A stretch of DNA of 64,000 bases from an uncultured Planctomycetaceae bacterium. GTDB lineage: Bacteria > Planctomycetota > Planctomycetia > Isosphaerales > Isosphaeraceae. The translations under genes were made by a program, and so were the position numbers. The stretch's first letter is position 1; each line of letters starts with the position of its first letter. Shown piece after piece: positions 60,812 to 64,000 of this stretch. The notes beneath the pieces are model-generated. The model saw nothing but the letters and a program-made list of their open reading frames with translations. It did not search any database and was not told the origin of the DNA. Location of the stretch: positions 3,904,001 to 3,968,000 of the forward strand of contig CAWIAD010000002.1 in the NCBI GenBank assembly GCA_963833985.1, read 5' to 3'.

Positions 60812-61560
60812 GGCTCAGGCTCCATGGCCAGATGGTCGGGGATCCGGGGCGGTCCGCAGGCTCGAAAGGTGCTGGCCAGTTGCCTCAGCCAGGAGATGGA
60901 CTTGCCGGCCGGGTCCAGCACCAGCAGGTTCATGCCGAACGACCCGGCCGCGCGCGAGACGTCCGCGGGCTCGGTGGCCGAAGCGGCCCGGATGCCGGCC
61001 AATCGGCATGCCCTCCAGACCGCAAGCGCCGTCTCCGAGGTGACGTACATGACCCCGCGACCTTTCCCCGTCAGCAGCCAGCTTCCTACAGATACCAGCG
61101 AAGACTCGATCTCGATCCAGGCCCGAGCGTCGTCGAGCAACGACCGCCGCAGCGCTTGCACTGTCCCGAGGATTTCCGCATCGCCGGCCATGGCGAAGGC
61201 CCACTCGCCAAGAGCCTGCAGCGACAGGTCTGCGGTTCCCCTGCGTACCATGATGCCGCGCTGCTTGAGCCAGTCGCGCGCCATCGGCGTGATGACGGCA
61301 GCCGGCACAAGCTGAATGCTCCGTGTTCCCGGTGGCAGCGCCTCGGCATGCCGGAGCGAAAAGAGCCGGTCGAGAACGACATGGCGGCCGGCATCTGGCC
61401 GCGATGCCGTGTCGCCTCTCTGCTCCAGCAGAACCTCTCGCACCGCCCAGGCAACCTGCCGCACCGGGTCCCGGGCGGCTGCCGCGTGTTCTCCCACGCT
61501 CAGCCACGGAGTGTCGGCTGCGGGAACGGAACCAGGTGCACGAACGGCGGCTTGTCCCAT
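60808..61560 (-). CDS. Hypothetical protein of the PV-BMC locus
   Basis: AVITPMARDWLKQRGI; RLAGIRAA..MNLLVL (RpiB-like C-terminal part); lies between two BMC-P genes. Start uncertain. Confidence 0.65.
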   Translation of the reverse strand: MGQAAVRAPGSVPAADTPWLSVGEHAAAARDPVRQVAWAVREVLLEQRGDTASRPDAGRHVVLDRLFSLRHAEALPPGTRSIQLVPAAVITPMARDWLKQRGIMVRRGTADLSLQALGEWAFAMAGDAEILGTVQALRRSLLDDARAWIEIESSLVSVGSWLLTGKGRGVMYVTSETALAVWRACRLAGIRAASATEPADVSRAAGSFGMNLLVLDPAGKSISWLRQLASTFRACGPPRIPDHLAMEPEP

Positions 61561-61583
61561 CGAGCGAAGACCCACGTTTCGGT

Positions 61584-61852
61584 TCAGATTTCCCGTGCCT
61601 GACGATCGGGCAGCCCGAGGACGCTCCACCGGCCTGGTGTGGTCGGGCCGAGCAGTTCCTGGAGCGCGCGGCCATCGTTGGTGCAGACCACCCGGTCGCC
61701 CGCGCCGGCGCCAGACGGTCGAAGACCAGGACCGGTTCGCCGTCGGGCCGGCCAGCGGCGGTCTCGAGCTGCACCACGAGCAAGCGTTCCCCCTGAAAGG
61801 TGGGATGCTTGATGGTCGACGTCGCGGTACCAATCACGCGGCCAAGTTGCAT
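61584..61852 (-). CDS. EutN/CcmL BMC pentamer protein; frameshift ~61711
   Basis: MQLGRVIGTATSTIKH...VFDRL / AGAGDRVVCTNDG...RWSVLG. Confidence 0.82.
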
Positions 61853-61900
61853 GTCAAAACCTCTGCAATCGCCGGTAGCAAGGCGTCGATGCCAGCCATT

Positions 61901-63326
61901 TCATAGAAACCTCAACCCATCGACGATGGCGGACCGGCGCTGGCGGCAGAAGGTGAGCGGCGTGGTCACGCCCTCACCGGTCGGGCCGGCGATGGAGAAC
62001 GAGGGAACGCCCTCTCCCCCGGCACCCAGGCCCGCGATGCAGGGGCCGTTGACCACGAAGATCGTGCAGTCCATGGCCTTTCCCATCCGCGCCATGACGG
62101 TCGTGTCGCGCGAGTGCAGGATCGCGGTATGACCGAAGTCGTGTTCGCTCTCCTTCGCCAGGGCGATTGCCCGGTCGACGTTCGACACGCGCACGAACGG
62201 CACGAACGGCATCATCTGCTCTTCCTGGACGAACGGATGTTCGAAGCCGGTCTCGCCGAAGAGCAGGTCAATGCCCGCGGGAAGCTTCACCCCGGCGGCC
62301 TCGGCCAGGAATGACGGGTCCTTGCCGATGAAGTCCTTGTTCACGTGCGCCTTGCCGTCGTTGCCGCTGGTGAACGCCGCTTTCGTCAGAGCTTCGATCT
62401 GGCTGGCGGAGAGCCGGTAGCCATGGTGGCGCGTCATCGCCTCGGTGAGCGAGTCGAACACCTCGGCCACGGCGAAGACCTGCTTCTCGCCGATGCAAAG
62501 CAGGTTGTTATCGAAGGACCCGCCCACAACGATGGACTTCGCCGCGTTCTCCAGGCAGGCCGTGCCGTCGACGACGACTGGCGGATTTCCAGGCCCGGCG
62601 ACGATCGCCCTGCGCTTGCTGGCCAGTGCCGCGCGTGCCACGGCCGGACCGCCCGTCACTACCAGCAGGCTGATGGCGGGATGGTCGAAAAGCTGCGCGG
62701 CGGTCTTGAGCGTGGGCGGGTCGATGATCGTCAGCAGGTTCTCCAGGCCGGTCTCCTGCTGGATTGCCTGGTTGAACCGGCGCACCCCCAGGGCGGCGAT
62801 ATTGCCCCCCGAGGGATGGGCGTTGAAGACAACCGTATTGCCGGCGGCCAGCATGTTGATGGCGTTGGCGGCGAGCGTCGGCAAGCTGTGGGTCACCGGC
62901 GTGATGGCGCCGATGACGCCGAAGGGGGCGTAGTCGGTGAGCGTGAGACCGTGGTCGCCGCTGGCGATGTCGGTTCGCAGGTAGTCGACGCCCGGGATCA
63001 GCGGGATCGTCTCCTTGAGCTTGGCGATCTTGTGATCGAGCCGGCCGATCTTCGTTTCCTCGAGCTCCGCCCGTCCGAGCTCGTCGGCCTGCTCCACGCA
63101 GAGCCGGCGGATGCACTCGACGGCCTTCTTGCGTTCGGAGAGCCCGCGGTGCCGGAATTGCTCGAAGGCCGCGCCGGCGGCCGCCACGGCGCCGTCCACC
63201 GTCGGGAAGACGCCCATGCTCCCCGTGCTGCGCGGGCGTCTTGCCATTGGCGGGCAGCGCTCCGTTGCCCATCTGGGAGAGGACCTGTTGAACGACGTTG
63301 CGGATCAAATCTTCAGTCATTTGCAT
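61901..63326 (-). CDS. pvmJ: CoA-acylating aldehyde dehydrogenase (EutE/PduP type) with N-terminal encapsulation peptide; frameshift ~63232
   Basis: MQMTEDLIRNVVQQVLSQM; PFGVIGAITP, AGPGNPP, FDNNLLCIGEK, EQMMP, AGPTGEG. Confidence 0.88.
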
Positions 63327-63402
63327 GGCAAGCACCGTTGCGGATGGGGCCCTGTCGGGCTCGGGGTCTCGAGGCCTGCAATTCGCCGCTCTTGTGTGGG
63401 GT

Positions 63403-63720
63403 TCAAGAAAGATCGCGCGTGCTGAAGACAACCTTGCCGCCGACGTCCACGGTATCAACCAGGCCAATGACCACGGCGTCGATGGGGAGCTTCTCGGTTT
63501 CCGGGGTGAGCCGGGCGCTCGAGCCCTGGCAGATGAGGACCATCTCACCCAGCCCGGCTCCGAGCGTGTCGACGACCACGAAGGTCCGTCCTGTGGGGAC
63601 GAGCCGGTCCGCTCCCTCGTCGCCGACCTTGTAGGGTTCGACGGTCAGGAGCTTGTGTCCGGTCATCGAGGCGACCTTCTGGGTCGCCACCACGCTGCCA
63701 GTCACGCGCGCCAGGAACAT
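63403..63720 (-). CDS. EutN/CcmL BMC pentamer protein
   Basis: MFLARVTGSVVATQK...DTLGAGLGE..QGSSAR..PIDAVVIGLVD. Confidence 0.93.
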   Translation of the reverse strand: MFLARVTGSVVATQKVASMTGHKLLTVEPYKVGDEGADRLVPTGRTFVVVDTLGAGLGEMVLICQGSSARLTPETEKLPIDAVVIGLVDTVDVGGKVVFSTRDLS

Positions 63721-63798
63721 GGTGAGACATGTCCTCCGTTTACAACGACCAGGGACCGTCCCGCGAAGGTCCGTCTGAACATCAGGATGGTGTGGCCA

Positions 63799-64000
63799 TT
63801 ACTCCATTGAAGTCCTGCCCGATTCGAGCAGCGCTCGGGACTGCCGCGCCACCACGAGCTCCTCGTTGGTGGGGACGGTCCAGACCTGGACCCGCGAGCC
63901 GGCGGCAGACACCACCCGCTCGGCGGGGCCACTGGCATTGAGCGCAGGGTCCAGCGCGATGCCGAACCAATCGAGCGCGCGGCAGACCCCTGCGCAAATG
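63799..64000 (-). CDS. ackA: Acetate/propionate kinase, C-terminal fragment
   Basis: Manual translation: ..LDWFGIALDPALN...VQVWTVPTNEELVVAR..ME*. Confidence 0.85.
   Translation of the reverse strand, partial: ICAGVCRALDWFGIALDPALNASGPAERVVSAAGSRVQVWTVPTNEELVVARQSRALLESGRTSME

Overview
High-GC bacterial DNA with clear Planctomycetota signatures (LEPR-XLL-type proteins, DUF1549/DUF1553, DUF1559, PV-type microcompartment); an Isosphaeraceae-like origin is an inference. In order, the window holds: an RNase Z-like MBL hydrolase and a PfkB kinase; hopanoid genes shc-hpnH-hpnG; two tandem secreted paralogs ending in non-splicing HINT domains that converge on the hopanoid genes; a serpin/membrane protein/glycoside-hydrolase-like unit; an O-methyltransferase; an SDR/isomerase/membrane-protein operon; lexA-rnhA; accD; a DUF885/FAD-oxidoreductase/phosphonatase-like operon; an IDO-family gene; guaA; a Ser/Thr kinase; leuB-HNH. 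Next comes an accessory region 3' of tRNA-Leu(CAG): an AAA ATPase, a DUF433/DUF5615 TA pair, two purine-rich stutter tracts, and a RAYT-like HUH transposase with a 557-bp tandem duplication and a six-unit repeat array. The window ends with a CocE/NonD hydrolase, otsA, and the distal part of a PV-BMC operon that carries an extra aldolase-like gene. Eight genes carry small frameshifts, probably long-read errors. The best candidates for new biology are the HINT pair beside the hopanoid genes (a Hedgehog-like lipidation hypothesis) and the RAYT with its flanking repeat structures. All family calls come from motif recognition by eye; no searches were run.
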